This document shows, piece after piece, positions 1 to 8,865 of a stretch of DNA of 64,000 nt. This stretch comes from Candidatus Xenobia bacterium (lineage in GTDB: Bacteria; Vulcanimicrobiota; Xenobia; Xenobiales; QWHO01): contig BTUM01000030.1 of the NCBI GenBank assembly GCA_045863235.1, forward strand, positions 1 through 64,000. The letters are read 5' to 3'. Below the pieces are notes generated by a model. The model had not been told where the DNA came from, did no database searches, and was given only the letters and a program-made list of their open reading frames with translations. Both the position numbers and the translations under genes were made by a program. The number at the start of each line of letters is the position of its first letter. Position 1 is the first letter of the stretch.

Positions 1-124
1 CCAGGCACACCCATCCCAAACGCAGCCGGGCCGCGCTCTCGAGGCCGATCAGACGGTGGCACTCCTCGTCCAGCCGGACCAGAGCCTCCAGGAGATCCGC
101 TTTATTCAGGCAGACATCGTCCAT
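1..124 (-). CDS. Hypothetical protein, 5' part (runs off the window start)
   Basis: ATG at 124 opens MDDVCLNKADLLEALVRLDEECHRLIG..., open to position 1. Confidence 0.4.
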   Translation of the reverse strand, partial: MDDVCLNKADLLEALVRLDEECHRLIGLESAARLRLGWVCL

Positions 125-200
125 AGCATAAGATTACACGATTCAACCTGCTGAAGTCAAAACGGGTGATCGCAAAAAACGGCCTGGTTATGCGGGAAAA

Positions 201-473
201 GTGACGCGTTTGAAGTGGGTTTCCTGGAGGTTTTGGAGGGCGTTGGAGGGCAATCTGCCTCAAGCCGGCTCAATGGCCTGGAGTGGGGCCCTGAGGGCTC
301 GTATGGAGGCGTTCCAGGCCGACTCTCCAGGAGTCCCAGAACTGGCGTTCGAGTTGTTAGAGTTTCTTAACAGTTGGCTCGGAGGCCCGCTCAGCGACCG
401 GTGGCAACTAGCCGATGACCTGGTCAGCCTTGCTGCTGAGCACAAGAACTGGCTCAAGAAGGTCGAACGATGA
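201..473 (+). CDS. Hypothetical protein
   Basis: 90-aa ORF that fills the gap and converges exactly on the ACP gene; no family recognised. Confidence 0.4.
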   Translation: MTRLKWVSWRFWRALEGNLPQAGSMAWSGALRARMEAFQADSPGVPELAFELLEFLNSWLGGPLSDRWQLADDLVSLAAEHKNWLKKVER

Positions 474-749
474 TCAGTCCAGTCTGAGATCGCGGACGAA
501 CTGGGTATCCTCGTGCAATCGCTCCTGGGGAACACCGCTCTGCTGGCTGACGATTCGGGTCACCTGATGCCAGATTTGAGGGAAGTCGGAGCGACAGGCG
601 TGGGGATCTCCCGTCAGGAGATCGAGTCGGCGTAGAACATACCTGTACAGGTCGCCCACGGTGACAAGACTTTCGGCATCGCGATCCACGATCGCGATGT
701 TGAACTCGGTTTCAACCGCCATCACGATCTCAACCGTATCGAGGCCCAT
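474..749 (-). CDS. Acyl carrier protein-like
   Basis: MGLDTVEIVMAVETEFNIAI...TVGDL matches the ACP helix-II pattern; the canonical phosphopantetheine-Ser motif (DSL) is not present. Confidence 0.7.
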   Translation of the reverse strand: MGLDTVEIVMAVETEFNIAIVDRDAESLVTVGDLYRYVLRRLDLLTGDPHACRSDFPQIWHQVTRIVSQQSGVPQERLHEDTQFVRDLRLD

Positions 750-756
750 CGGCGCG

Positions 757-1317
757 TCAGCCGAAGATTCGCTGCCACCAGGACTGATTTCGGTAACGCT
801 TGAGCTCGGCCTGGGCCTCCATGGCCTTGAGGGTCGACTCCACCACCTGGGCGCGCAGTTCCTCGATGGCGGCCTCGGCCTCGACGGCGCGCACGGTGGC
901 CTCCACGGCTTCCTCTTCGGCCGTGTCCACCCGGCAGCGCAGGTTGGCCTCGCGCTCGGCCAGGTCCTGGTGTTGCTCGCGCAGATTGGTGAGCTCGCTT
1001 TCGAGCAGCCCCAGGCGAACCATGGCCGCCTCGTGTCGCTTGAGGGGCACCAGGCGGGTCTTAGCGATCTCGGTGGCCTCGATGGGGGCCAGGGCCAGGC
1101 GCACTGGCTGGCGCTCGCGCCGGCGTTCGAGCCGCTTCAACTCACCCTCGGGGATTCGGGTCTCCCCGCTGGGGGTTATCCAGGTGCGCAGGCGCCCTTG
1201 CTGGATCATCCTGCGAACTCGCCGCGTCGAGGTCCCCGCGGCCTCGGCGAACTGGGTAATAGTATACTGCCGCTCGGATGAGGCGGGAACGGCGTTCGAT
1301 TCCGCGTGGCTGCTCAT
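757..1317 (-). CDS. MerR/excisionase-type HTH + coiled-coil protein with C-terminal amphipathic tail
   Basis: YTITQFAEAAGTSTRRVRRMIQQGRL HTH, long heptad-rich region, ends SWWQRIFG; start at 1317 or 1338. Confidence 0.75.
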   Translation of the reverse strand: MSSHAESNAVPASSERQYTITQFAEAAGTSTRRVRRMIQQGRLRTWITPSGETRIPEGELKRLERRRERQPVRLALAPIEATEIAKTRLVPLKRHEAAMVRLGLLESELTNLREQHQDLAEREANLRCRVDTAEEEAVEATVRAVEAEAAIEELRAQVVESTLKAMEAQAELKRYRNQSWWQRIFG

Positions 1318-1378
1318 AGCGCCGGGATCATTCTCCATTGAAGGAGGTTCAACCTTCTGGAGGACGGCTTGAATTGTG

Positions 1379-2692
1379 TTACTTTTTTCGGCCCGGTTTC
1401 TTCCAGCGCAGCGACTCGCTGGACTGATAGTCGGGCTGGGGCAATCGGCTGGGAGAAGGCTGAACCTGAACCGGGGGCTTCTCCACCCGCCGCCGCACCT
1501 TCTGAGCGTCCTCGCCGGTCGTCTCGCGCGACGCGCCGGCTGGCTCGGAGGGGGGCTCAACACCGGGCTCGGCCGGCTCGCTCTCTGCCGGCACGGGTGG
1601 TTTCTGGATGCGATGGCGGCCCGGCTCGGCCGGCTCGCGCACCACCGGCTCGACCCGGACGGGAGGCTTCTCCACCCGCCTGCGGCCCGGCTCGGCCGGC
1701 TCGCGCACCACCGGCTCGACCCGGACGGGCGGCTTCTCCACCCGCCTGCGGCCCGGCTCGGCCGGCTCGCGCACCAGCGGCTCGACCCGGACGGGCGGCT
1801 TCTCCACCCGCCTGCGGCCCGGCTCGGCCGGCTCGCGCACCAGCGGCTCGACCCGGACGGGCGGCTTCTCCACCCGCCTGCGGGTGGGCTCTCGATCGAG
1901 GGGCCGGGTCTCGGCCCGCCTGGGAATGGGCTCGTCTAGCCGCAGGGGGGGCTTCTCGACCCGCCGCCGGGTTGGCTCCTGATCTAGAGGCTGCGTGTCG
2001 TAGCGTCCAACCTCCACCCGATCGAGAGGCTGTGTGTCGTATTTCGAAACAGGCTCGTCTACCCGCTCGCTTTGGAGCTTCTGGCGCACCTGGTCGGCCG
2101 CCCGCTGGGCGGCCCGCTCGGCGGCGCGGTGCGACTCGGCCAGCCCTCCCTCGTAGTCGGGGGCCTGGGGAGTGGTGTGGACCCCGATCATGCGATCGCT
2201 GACCCGGGCCGCCGCCGACACCGTGTCGGCAGCCAGCACGTTGACCACCCGTTCCAGCGACGTGCCACTCACCGGCCCGTGCTCGGTGGGGACTCCATCG
2301 GCAAACGGCCCTACCACTTCGAAGCTGGCCGACGATTCGGGATCCCTGGCCAGACCCAGCTCGATCTTCACCGTGACGCTCCAGCTCAGCCCCGTCAGCT
2401 CACTGGGCAAAAGCTCTCCTGGCAACGCGATCTCGCGCGGAATGCGAAAGATCAGGACCCAGCGCTCTTCCACCGCCTGCGCCACCGGATCGCAGCGCTG
2501 GGTCTGCTCGTAGACCACCTGCCCGTCCCGCGTCGCCGTGGCCCGGGCCAGCACGCCCTGGATGTCGGTCGGCTTCTTGAGCCTGCAGGAATACGTGCCG
2601 CGCAGGAACCCCCCGGCCGGCACCGCGTTCATGTCCAGGTGCAGCGCGAACGTGCCCGGCCCGAGCCCCAGTGCTTCTTTGATCCGGTCCAT
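1379..2692 (-). CDS. Arrestin/Spo0M-like N-terminal domain + Pro/Glu/Arg-rich repetitive tail
   Basis: Beta-sandwich-like N-terminus (LRGTYSCRLKKP...FRIP...LSWSVTVKIEL), followed by RRRVEKPPVRVEP(L/V)VREPAEPG repeats. Confidence 0.6.
   Translation of the reverse strand: MDRIKEALGLGPGTFALHLDMNAVPAGGFLRGTYSCRLKKPTDIQGVLARATATRDGQVVYEQTQRCDPVAQAVEERWVLIFRIPREIALPGELLPSELTGLSWSVTVKIELGLARDPESSASFEVVGPFADGVPTEHGPVSGTSLERVVNVLAADTVSAAARVSDRMIGVHTTPQAPDYEGGLAESHRAAERAAQRAADQVRQKLQSERVDEPVSKYDTQPLDRVEVGRYDTQPLDQEPTRRRVEKPPLRLDEPIPRRAETRPLDREPTRRRVEKPPVRVEPLVREPAEPGRRRVEKPPVRVEPLVREPAEPGRRRVEKPPVRVEPVVREPAEPGRRRVEKPPVRVEPVVREPAEPGRHRIQKPPVPAESEPAEPGVEPPSEPAGASRETTGEDAQKVRRRVEKPPVQVQPSPSRLPQPDYQSSESLRWKKPGRKK
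1617..1883. repeat. Intragenic 66-bp tandem repeat, ~4 copies (22-aa unit)
   Basis: ccggctcggccggctcgcgcacca... recurs at 1621, 1687, 1753 and 1819. Confidence 0.9.
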
Positions 2693-2726
2693 CCGGCATG
2701 GTTCGCCCCCGGCAGGGTACTCCCTA

Positions 2727-2755
2727 TTGACTCGAGTGGAGCCGGCCGCTACAAT
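2727..2755 (+). promoter_or_regulatory. sigma70 promoter of tRNA-Lys
   Basis: TTGACT-17 bp-TACAAT, 12 bp upstream of the tRNA. Confidence 0.8.
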
Positions 2756-2767
2756 GAGGTCTTGTTC

Positions 2768-2843
2768 GGGCTAGTAGCTCAGTCGGTAGAGCAGCTGACT
2801 CTTAATCAGCGGGCCCGGGGTTCGAGTCCCTGCTAGCCCACCA
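2768..2843 (+). tRNA. tRNA-Lys(CTT)
   Basis: 76 nt GGGCTAG...CTAGCCC-A-CCA; D-arm AGCTCAGTCGGTAGAGC; anticodon arm CTGACT-CTT-AATCAG; T-loop TTCGAGT. Confidence 0.97.
2799..2843 (+). repeat. att core, left copy (3' 45 bp of tRNA-Lys)
   Basis: Identical to 14473-14517. Confidence 0.95.
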
Positions 2844-2844
2844 C

Positions 2845-2873
2845 AAAAAACCCCGCCAACGCGGGGTTTTTTT
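2845..2873 (+). terminator. Intrinsic (bidirectional-looking) terminator after the tRNA, supplied by the element
   Basis: AAAAAA-CCCCGC-caac-GCGGGG-TTTTTTT. Confidence 0.85.
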
Positions 2874-3228
2874 ATTGCCCGCCATCCACGCCAAACTTGA
2901 CAGGCGTTCAAGTTATGGCCCTTCCTGAGCGGGTTATGGCCCTCGACAAGGCCTTTTCCTTGAAAAATTTGTCGCCCGATCGACATACACGGGGGTCTGG
3001 AGAAGCCTTTCCTCACAACGGTTCGGAGGTGCCCCATGAGTAAATGGCTGGTCGGAAAAATTTCTTGGCCCCAACGCGTTAACACCCCCCCACCCGTTGA
3101 AGCCCATTCAACGCAAGACGTATCGGGGTCGGACAGTATCTTTTCGGTTGCGGCGGAGCTCAGGCCGGGCCCCGCCCTGTAAGCGCAATGCGCAGCCCGG
3201 CAATCTTTTCTTCTCTGGGGGTTCCCTC

Positions 3229-3591
3229 GTGAGCGAGTCGGATTACATCACCGCCTTCCACTGGTTCGTGGGATACGTGGCTGCGCTTATGTTCGGCCTC
3301 GGCCACTTTAAGTTGTGGGGCTTCGAACTGAAGCTCAACGAGGAGGGCGCGCTGACCGCACTCGTGATGGGCATCCCCGCCCTTGGTGCGATACTGGCGG
3401 TGGTCTGGTACGTCGTGCTGTTCGTCATCTACGCCATCTCACGCGGCGCCTGGCTGTCGGCCGTCTCCCTGGGCTGCCCGCTCACCTGGTGGGCGTGGGT
3501 CGGGGTCGAGGTGGCGCTGGTGGTGGGCTTGGTCCTGCTCGTGCGCGCCCGACGCCGCTGGGAAGCCTCCCGACCGGCGGTGGCAGAATGA
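3229..3591 (+). CDS. Prophage membrane protein
   Basis: GTG start, 3-4 hydrophobic segments, ATGA overlap with the next gene. Confidence 0.65.
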   Translation: MSESDYITAFHWFVGYVAALMFGLGHFKLWGFELKLNEEGALTALVMGIPALGAILAVVWYVVLFVIYAISRGAWLSAVSLGCPLTWWAWVGVEVALVVGLVLLVRARRRWEASRPAVAE

Positions 3592-4010
3592 GCGATCCCA
3601 CCCCCAAACAAGCAGCCTGGGCATGGGTGCAGCGCGAGTTCGACCCCGACGGGTTCCAGACGCGCATGCGCGAGCTGCTCGGAGAGGTCGAGTCCGCGCG
3701 CACGGCCGAGCGCACCGCCTATCGCGAGATGCAGCTGGCCGAGGCCGCCGCCCAGGAGGCCGAGGCCGAGGTGGGGGCGATGGTCTACGCCGACCCCGAC
3801 CTCAAGAACGCCGAGGCGCGCGCCGCCGAGTGCCGCAAGCGGATGGGTCGCGACCAGAAAGTGCAGGCGGCCAGGGCCAAGCTGCGCGACAAGCAAAGCA
3901 ACCACGACACATGCTTGGCGGCGTTTGAGCACGCAGAGCGGCAGTTCAAGGCGGCTCGCACCTGTGGAGACCTGAGCGCCAGCGTGCTGCGGTTCCTGGG
4001 GAGCGTTTGA
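3588..4010 (+). CDS. Prophage coiled-coil protein
   Basis: MSDPTPKQAAWAWV..., helical and Ala/Glu/Arg-rich; abuts the next ATG. Confidence 0.7.
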   Translation: MSDPTPKQAAWAWVQREFDPDGFQTRMRELLGEVESARTAERTAYREMQLAEAAAQEAEAEVGAMVYADPDLKNAEARAAECRKRMGRDQKVQAARAKLRDKQSNHDTCLAAFEHAERQFKAARTCGDLSASVLRFLGSV

Positions 4011-4352
4011 ATGTGCTACGCCATGAAAGACCTCGGCTACGCCCGCACGCCCACCAGCGCCGAGATTCACCTCGAACTGCCCGACGGGTCGGTGTGGGCC
4101 GTGCCTGTGCAGGTCGTGGTCGACTCGCGAGACGAGAACTACCGCGAGGACGAGGAAGACACAGTCGGCTCCATCCGCCAGGGCACCCTCGACGTCAACG
4201 ACGTGTGGGACTGGGCCTTCAACAACATGAACTGGGACGAACTGCACCCATACCGGCGCCAGGTGCGCGACGCCGAGCCTCTCACCGAGAAGGTCTTCGA
4301 CAATGCTTGGTGCGAGGGCGAAGGCAACAAGCAGATCGTCGGCGAGGTGTAA
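4011..4352 (+). CDS. Phage hypothetical protein
   Basis: PDGSVWAVPV...DWAFNNMNWDEL; starts immediately after the upstream stop. Confidence 0.7.
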   Translation: MCYAMKDLGYARTPTSAEIHLELPDGSVWAVPVQVVVDSRDENYREDEEDTVGSIRQGTLDVNDVWDWAFNNMNWDELHPYRRQVRDAEPLTEKVFDNAWCEGEGNKQIVGEV

Positions 4353-4453
4353 GCCGTGGTTTGCGCGCGCGCCGGCCCCGTCTCAATTGTTCCCCCCGCC
4401 CGGCCCATCCGACAACAGGCCGTATCTCATCACCATCGCTCACAGGAGGCCCC

Positions 4454-5359
4454 ATGTCCAAATCTTTAGTCTACGTCGAACCCGACGCGCCCGTGATGCA
4501 AGCCCTGGCTGTCCGCCAGGCCGACGCTGAAGACGTATCCCTCTACGCCGACCTCGACCCCGAGATGTATGCCACGGAGGACGAGGCAGAAGAATTGGCC
4601 GATATCACGGCGCGATACCCGATCGTGCGCTTCAACGGCGGCGACGGGACCTTCGTCGACGTCGGGAGCAAGGAGGCGGTCCCGAGCATGGAGGGCGTCA
4701 TCCTGAGCGCTCTGCCCGACCTGGCCCGGGCGTGGTTCGCCGCAGAGGGAGACAAGGACTGGCCCGAGGGGGACCCTATCTGTCGCACGACCAGCGATCG
4801 CATCGCCCCCACGCTCAACCCCTCGCTCTCCGACGAGCAGCGCCGGCGTGCCCTCCACATGGGGGCGGGCGTGTCGTGCAGAGGTTGCCCCCTGTCGCAG
4901 TGGGTCGGCACGGAGAAGCCGAAGTGCAACGGGTCGAGGCAGGTCCTGTTCTTCGACGCCGAGCGCCGCGGTGAAGTCGTGCTGCAGATCGGGGGCACCA
5001 GCATCGCACCCCTCCGAGCCTACGAGGCCTCGTTCAAGCCTGCTGGCCAGCGCCCCCGCCCGCTCTTCTCGCGTGTCACGACCCTGACGAGCGTCGACGA
5101 GACGCAGGGGAAGAGCAAAAAATACAAGGTGCTCAAGCTGACCCGCGGCGCCGAGATTCCGCTTGAGGCACTGCGCTTCTTCCGGGCGACGAAGGATGCC
5201 GCGCTGGTGGAGATCGAGGCCAACATCCAGCGCCTGGCCGAGCGGAACCAGCCAGCGCTCCCTGCCCCGGCCGGCCCCGAGCCGTTTCCGACCCAGGAAG
5301 TCATCCGCCACTCCGAGGGTGGGCTCGAGCTCGACGAGAACGGAGAGGTGCTTCCGTGA
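4454..5359 (+). CDS. Phage protein with Cys cluster, possibly ssDNA-binding/recombination
   Basis: AGGAGG RBS; PIC...CRGCPLSQW...KPKC motif; acidic C-terminal tail (ELDENGEVLP); lies upstream of the helicase. Confidence 0.6.
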   Translation: MSKSLVYVEPDAPVMQALAVRQADAEDVSLYADLDPEMYATEDEAEELADITARYPIVRFNGGDGTFVDVGSKEAVPSMEGVILSALPDLARAWFAAEGDKDWPEGDPICRTTSDRIAPTLNPSLSDEQRRRALHMGAGVSCRGCPLSQWVGTEKPKCNGSRQVLFFDAERRGEVVLQIGGTSIAPLRAYEASFKPAGQRPRPLFSRVTTLTSVDETQGKSKKYKVLKLTRGAEIPLEALRFFRATKDAALVEIEANIQRLAERNQPALPAPAGPEPFPTQEVIRHSEGGLELDENGEVLP

Positions 5360-5499
5360 GGGGGGTCGCAGCGGTGGTGACCGCGGGCTTTGGAGGGGTC
5401 TTACTTTACGGCGGCATGCTCGCCAACAACGGCTTCCCGACATGCCTCCTGGCAGGAGTGTTGCTCGGGGCCGCCTTCGCCCTGGCGGGGGCGCGGTGA
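5356..5499 (+). CDS. Small two-helix membrane protein (47 aa)
   Basis: GTGA overlap with the upstream stop; MRGVAAVVTAGFGGVLLYGG...LLAGVLLGAAFALAGAR*. Confidence 0.5.
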   Translation: MRGVAAVVTAGFGGVLLYGGMLANNGFPTCLLAGVLLGAAFALAGAR

Positions 5500-7465
5500 T
5501 GCGCTACCAGGAGCTGTACGCCTGAGCCGCGCCATCACCAACCTGACGAACTTCCTCGCGGGCCCCGGCCCTGCCGACGAGGCCGCGCGTCTGCTCGGGC
5601 CGACCGGACCCATCGCCCAGGCGCTGCCCGGGTATCGGCCGCGCCCCCAGCAGCAAGAGGTCGCGCGCACGGTGGCCAACGCCATCCGCCTCGACAAAGA
5701 CGCGATCATCGAAGCGGGCACCGGATGCGGAAAGAGCATGTCGTTACTGGTCCCCGCCATCGCCGCCAAGAAGCGCGTGGTGTATGCCACCGCCACCAAC
5801 ACCCTCCTCGACCAGCTCCGCCTGAAGGACATCCCGCTGCTGCAGTCGGCCGGGTTTACTTTCAAGGCGGTCACCGTCAAGGGCCGCTCGCGCTACGTGT
5901 GCAACATCAAGGCCGACCAGCAGGACGTGATCCGCACCGAGGATCTCCTGGCCTGGATCAAGACCACGAAGACCGGCGACCTGGCCGACGCCCCCGGGGA
6001 CCCTAGCCCCGAGGTGATCGCCGGGCTGGTGGCGGGCGAGGACGAGTGCGCCGGCAAGAAGTGCGACGCGTACTGGAAGTGCCACTATTACAGTGCCCGC
6101 GAGTCAGCACCGGGCGCCGACGTCATCCTGACGAACCACGCGGTGCTTGCGCAGCACATGGCGACGGGGCGCATTCTGCCCGATGATGTACAGATCATCA
6201 TTGTTGACGAGGCCCACAAGTTCGAGGCCACCGTGCGCGACTCGCTCAAAGAGGAGATCTCCCTGCACGCCGGCCAGCGCGCTCTCAAACTGACGCAAGC
6301 CTTAGGCCTCCCTGCGCTTGACGGAGCGACTCTGCAGGTGCGCCAGGCGGGCAACCTGTTCTTCAAGAACCTCCGACACGTTCTGGCTCGTCGCGCTGAA
6401 GAGGGAGAACGCACGGTGGTCATCGACCCCGAGAAGCTGGGCGCCGAGCTGCCCAAGCTGGCCGAGCAGTATCGCGCGGCCGTCGACCTGGTGATGAAGC
6501 GGCTCGAGCCGTATTCCAACACCGAGCAGTGCCGCGAGGCCTGGGCCGAGGTGCGCAGCGGCCTGGCCGCCCTCTGGTCGGAGGACGCCAACACTGTCTG
6601 CTGGGCCGAGCTGGGCGGCGAGACCGTGACCGCCTACTCTGCGCCGGTGTCTGTCGCCAGCTACATCCGGTCGAGGCTCGGCAAGCACGTGGTCATCTAT
6701 GCTTCGGCGACGCTTGCGACGGCCAGCGGGGAGGACGCCTTCGTCTGGGCTCGTGAAGCGCTGGGCTTGCAGTCGCCGCTCGAGCTCCAGGTCGACTCGC
6801 CCTTCGACTATCGCCGCCAGCTGCTCTACTATCTGCCCGAGATCGAGCTCGAGGAGGGCTGGGAGAAGAACCCCGCGGTGTATGCGCGCTGCATCGCCCC
6901 GCACATCGTGGAGCTGCTCGACGCCACCGAGGGGCGCGCCTTCGTGCTGTTCACCTCTTACAAGGAACTCAGGGCTACCCGACGGCTGGTTGATTGTCGC
7001 TGGCCGATCGCGTGCCAGGGGGATGCGTCTCCCAAGCAACTGATGGAGTGGTTCCGGCGCACGCGTGGCGCGGTGCTCTTCGCCACGGGCGCCTTCTGGG
7101 AGGGCATCGACCAGCCGGGGCAGGAGCTCTCCTGCGTCATCCTGGTGCGCATCCCGTTCTCGCCGCCAAGCGACCCGGTCGCAATCGGGAGGGCCCGGGC
7201 TCTGGGGCGGAAGGCGTTCTATCTCGACAGCGTCCCCCGTGCCACCCAGACCTTCAAGCAGGGAGTCGGGCGGTTGATTCGGAGCGAGGGCGACAAGGGG
7301 ATCATCGGCGCGTTCGACCAGCGACTCAAGACGAAGAACTACGGCCAGTTGATCCTGGAAGCACTGCCAGGCAAGCCGCTTCCCGGCTACAACACGCTCA
7401 AACAGTCGAGCTTGAAGCACCTTTCAAAGTTCTTACACCCAGACCCACGACAGGAGGCGGCTTGA
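5499..7465 (+). CDS. DinG/YoaA-family Fe-S DNA helicase (5' end possibly frameshifted)
   Basis: Q motif YRPRPQQ, Walker A EAGTGCGKS, four Fe-S Cys (RYVC, DECAGKKC, KCHY), DEAH, FWEGID, QGVGRLIRS; start uncertain (see findings). Confidence 0.9.
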
Positions 7466-7529
7466 AACTTCGACCGGATGGGGTTCCCGAGCGCCTCTTG
7501 AGAGTGTATTCTGCCCGTGAGGTGATGAC

Positions 7530-7802
7530 ATGCCGGCCGACCTGATTGTGACTCTGGTCTTCCTGATACCTGGTTTCATTTCGCCCGGCACGATCGAGTC
7601 GGCCGGGACGATCGAGGGGGACGGCGACCTACTGCTCAAGGTCATGTACGACGCCCGCCACGACGAGACCGACCCGCGCGAGGAACTGGACGTCGTTTCC
7701 TACGCCGACGGAGAGGAGCCGCTCATCTTCATCCCGGCCAGCACCATCGTAAGCTTCGAGACTACGGAGTCGGAAGGACCTCCCGCACCCCCAGAGATTT
7801 AG
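7530..7802 (+). CDS. Hypothetical protein
   Basis: GAGGTG RBS before the ATG; 90-aa acidic protein. Confidence 0.55.
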   Translation: MPADLIVTLVFLIPGFISPGTIESAGTIEGDGDLLLKVMYDARHDETDPREELDVVSYADGEEPLIFIPASTIVSFETTESEGPPAPPEI

Positions 7803-8049
7803 GCTTGGGGCTGGGCCTCGGTTTTGGTCGCTGCTCGGGCGGTGGCGCGAGCGGCTTTTGATCCTTCTGTTCGCGCGGCGGTGGCTTCTGCGGCGGCTTG
7901 GTACCAGACAGGATAACGCTCGACCTCGGTTTCCTCGGCTTCGGCCGGTGGCCCTTGTCGGGGGCAACGGGCTTCTGGTCACGGCCACGGAACCGACGGC
8001 GCTGGCCAAAAGCATCTTGTAGCAGGCGGATTTTCTTGGTGTTGCGCAT
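7762..8049 (-). CDS. Basic Pro/Lys/Arg-rich small protein, third gene of the hicAB transcript
   Basis: AGGAGG RBS directly after the hicB stop; low-complexity; overlaps the convergent ORF by ~40 bp. Confidence 0.4.
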   Translation of the reverse strand: MRNTKKIRLLQDAFGQRRRFRGRDQKPVAPDKGHRPKPRKPRSSVILSGTKPPQKPPPREQKDQKPLAPPPEQRPKPRPSPKPKSLGVREVLPTP

Positions 8050-8058
8050 ACGCCTCCT

Positions 8059-8505
8059 TCAGGTGAACGAAACCTCAGCGACCCGCCCGAACGCGCGAGC
8101 AACCTTCTCGAGCGTGTCCAGGGTCGCATTACAACGTTCGGGGTCTTCCCACTTCTGGTAGGTCCCGAGCGCTACCCCAATCTTGTCAGCGGCCGACTGC
8201 ATCGTCAGCCCTGACCTCTTGCGCAACTGCCGAATCTCCATGGCCGTCTCGACGCGGAGCTCGGGATACACCCACTCCCAGCCGGGCTCGAGTCGCCCGC
8301 GAGTCGGAGGGTCCGGCTCCTGGCCGGCATCAATACGGGCCAGAAGAACCTGGGTCACGGCGTCGACCGCCATCGCCCTTACCTCGTCTCCGGTGTCCCC
8401 CTGAGTCATGATTCCACCACCGCCGACATCGGGAATCTCGGCCAACCAGCCGCCGTCCTCTTCATAATACCGAACCCTGTATCGCAACCTCATCACCCTC
8501 ACCAT
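8059..8505 (-). CDS. hicB: HicB antitoxin with C-terminal XRE HTH
   Basis: YYEEDGGWLAEIPDV...TQGDTGDEVRAMAVDAV HicB core; LRKRSGLTMQSAADKIGV...YQKWE HTH. Confidence 0.88.
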   Translation of the reverse strand: MVRVMRLRYRVRYYEEDGGWLAEIPDVGGGGIMTQGDTGDEVRAMAVDAVTQVLLARIDAGQEPDPPTRGRLEPGWEWVYPELRVETAMEIRQLRKRSGLTMQSAADKIGVALGTYQKWEDPERCNATLDTLEKVARAFGRVAEVSFT

Positions 8506-8509
8506 CCTT

Positions 8510-8692
8510 TCAGCCGTTGTCAATCCTCTTGTTCAGGCTCTCCCAGGCCCGAACGATGCCAGGCTTGACCTCCCTGTGACGCGGCACCGCGAACGTGAAC
8601 CCCTTCTTCCCCCAGATCTCGTGGCTGCTGCCCTGACGAACCACGGACCAACCGGCGGCGGTCATCTTTCGGGCGAAATCGGTGCGCTTCAC
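8510..8692 (-). CDS. hicA: HicA mRNA interferase toxin
   Basis: 60 aa, GWSVVRQGSSHEIW...VPRHREVKPG; directly upstream of hicB. Confidence 0.9.
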   Translation of the reverse strand: MKRTDFARKMTAAGWSVVRQGSSHEIWGKKGFTFAVPRHREVKPGIVRAWESLNKRIDNG

Positions 8693-8698
8693 AACTAG

Positions 8699-8740
8699 AT
8701 TATATGCCTAAAGGCGTCATTTGTCAACGCTTTTAGGCGT
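8699..8740 (-). promoter_or_regulatory. hicAB promoter with operator repeats
   Basis: Minus-strand TTGACA (8727-8722)-17 bp-TATAAT (8704-8699); 14-bp inverted pair at 8704-8717 / 8727-8740. Confidence 0.85.
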
Positions 8741-8745
8741 AAAAT

Positions 8746-8865
8746 CTAGCGCCTAAGCCCGTAGGCTACGATACCGCCCAACAGCGTGAGAGCCGCCCCG
8801 ATCATCGTGTAGGTCTGCTTCTGCTCGAGTAAGCCGATGTTGTTTACGCGCTTTCCACCACCGAT
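8746..8865 (-). pseudogene. C-terminal remnant of a membrane protein gene
   Basis: ...IGGGKRVNNIGLLEQKQTYTMIGAALTLLGGIVAYGLRR*; no ATG/GTG/TTG in frame 5' of this segment before a stop near 8956. Confidence 0.55.

Noticed and set aside
1617..1883. CRISPR or non-coding array
   Set aside because: The 66-bp unit is an in-frame coding repeat with no spacers
2897..2925. TTGACA as an element promoter
   Set aside because: No -10 hexamer at 16-18 bp; the hexamer lies within an inverted repeat
5499..7465. CasDinG of a type IV CRISPR system
   Set aside because: No csf/cas genes or array nearby; the context is prophage
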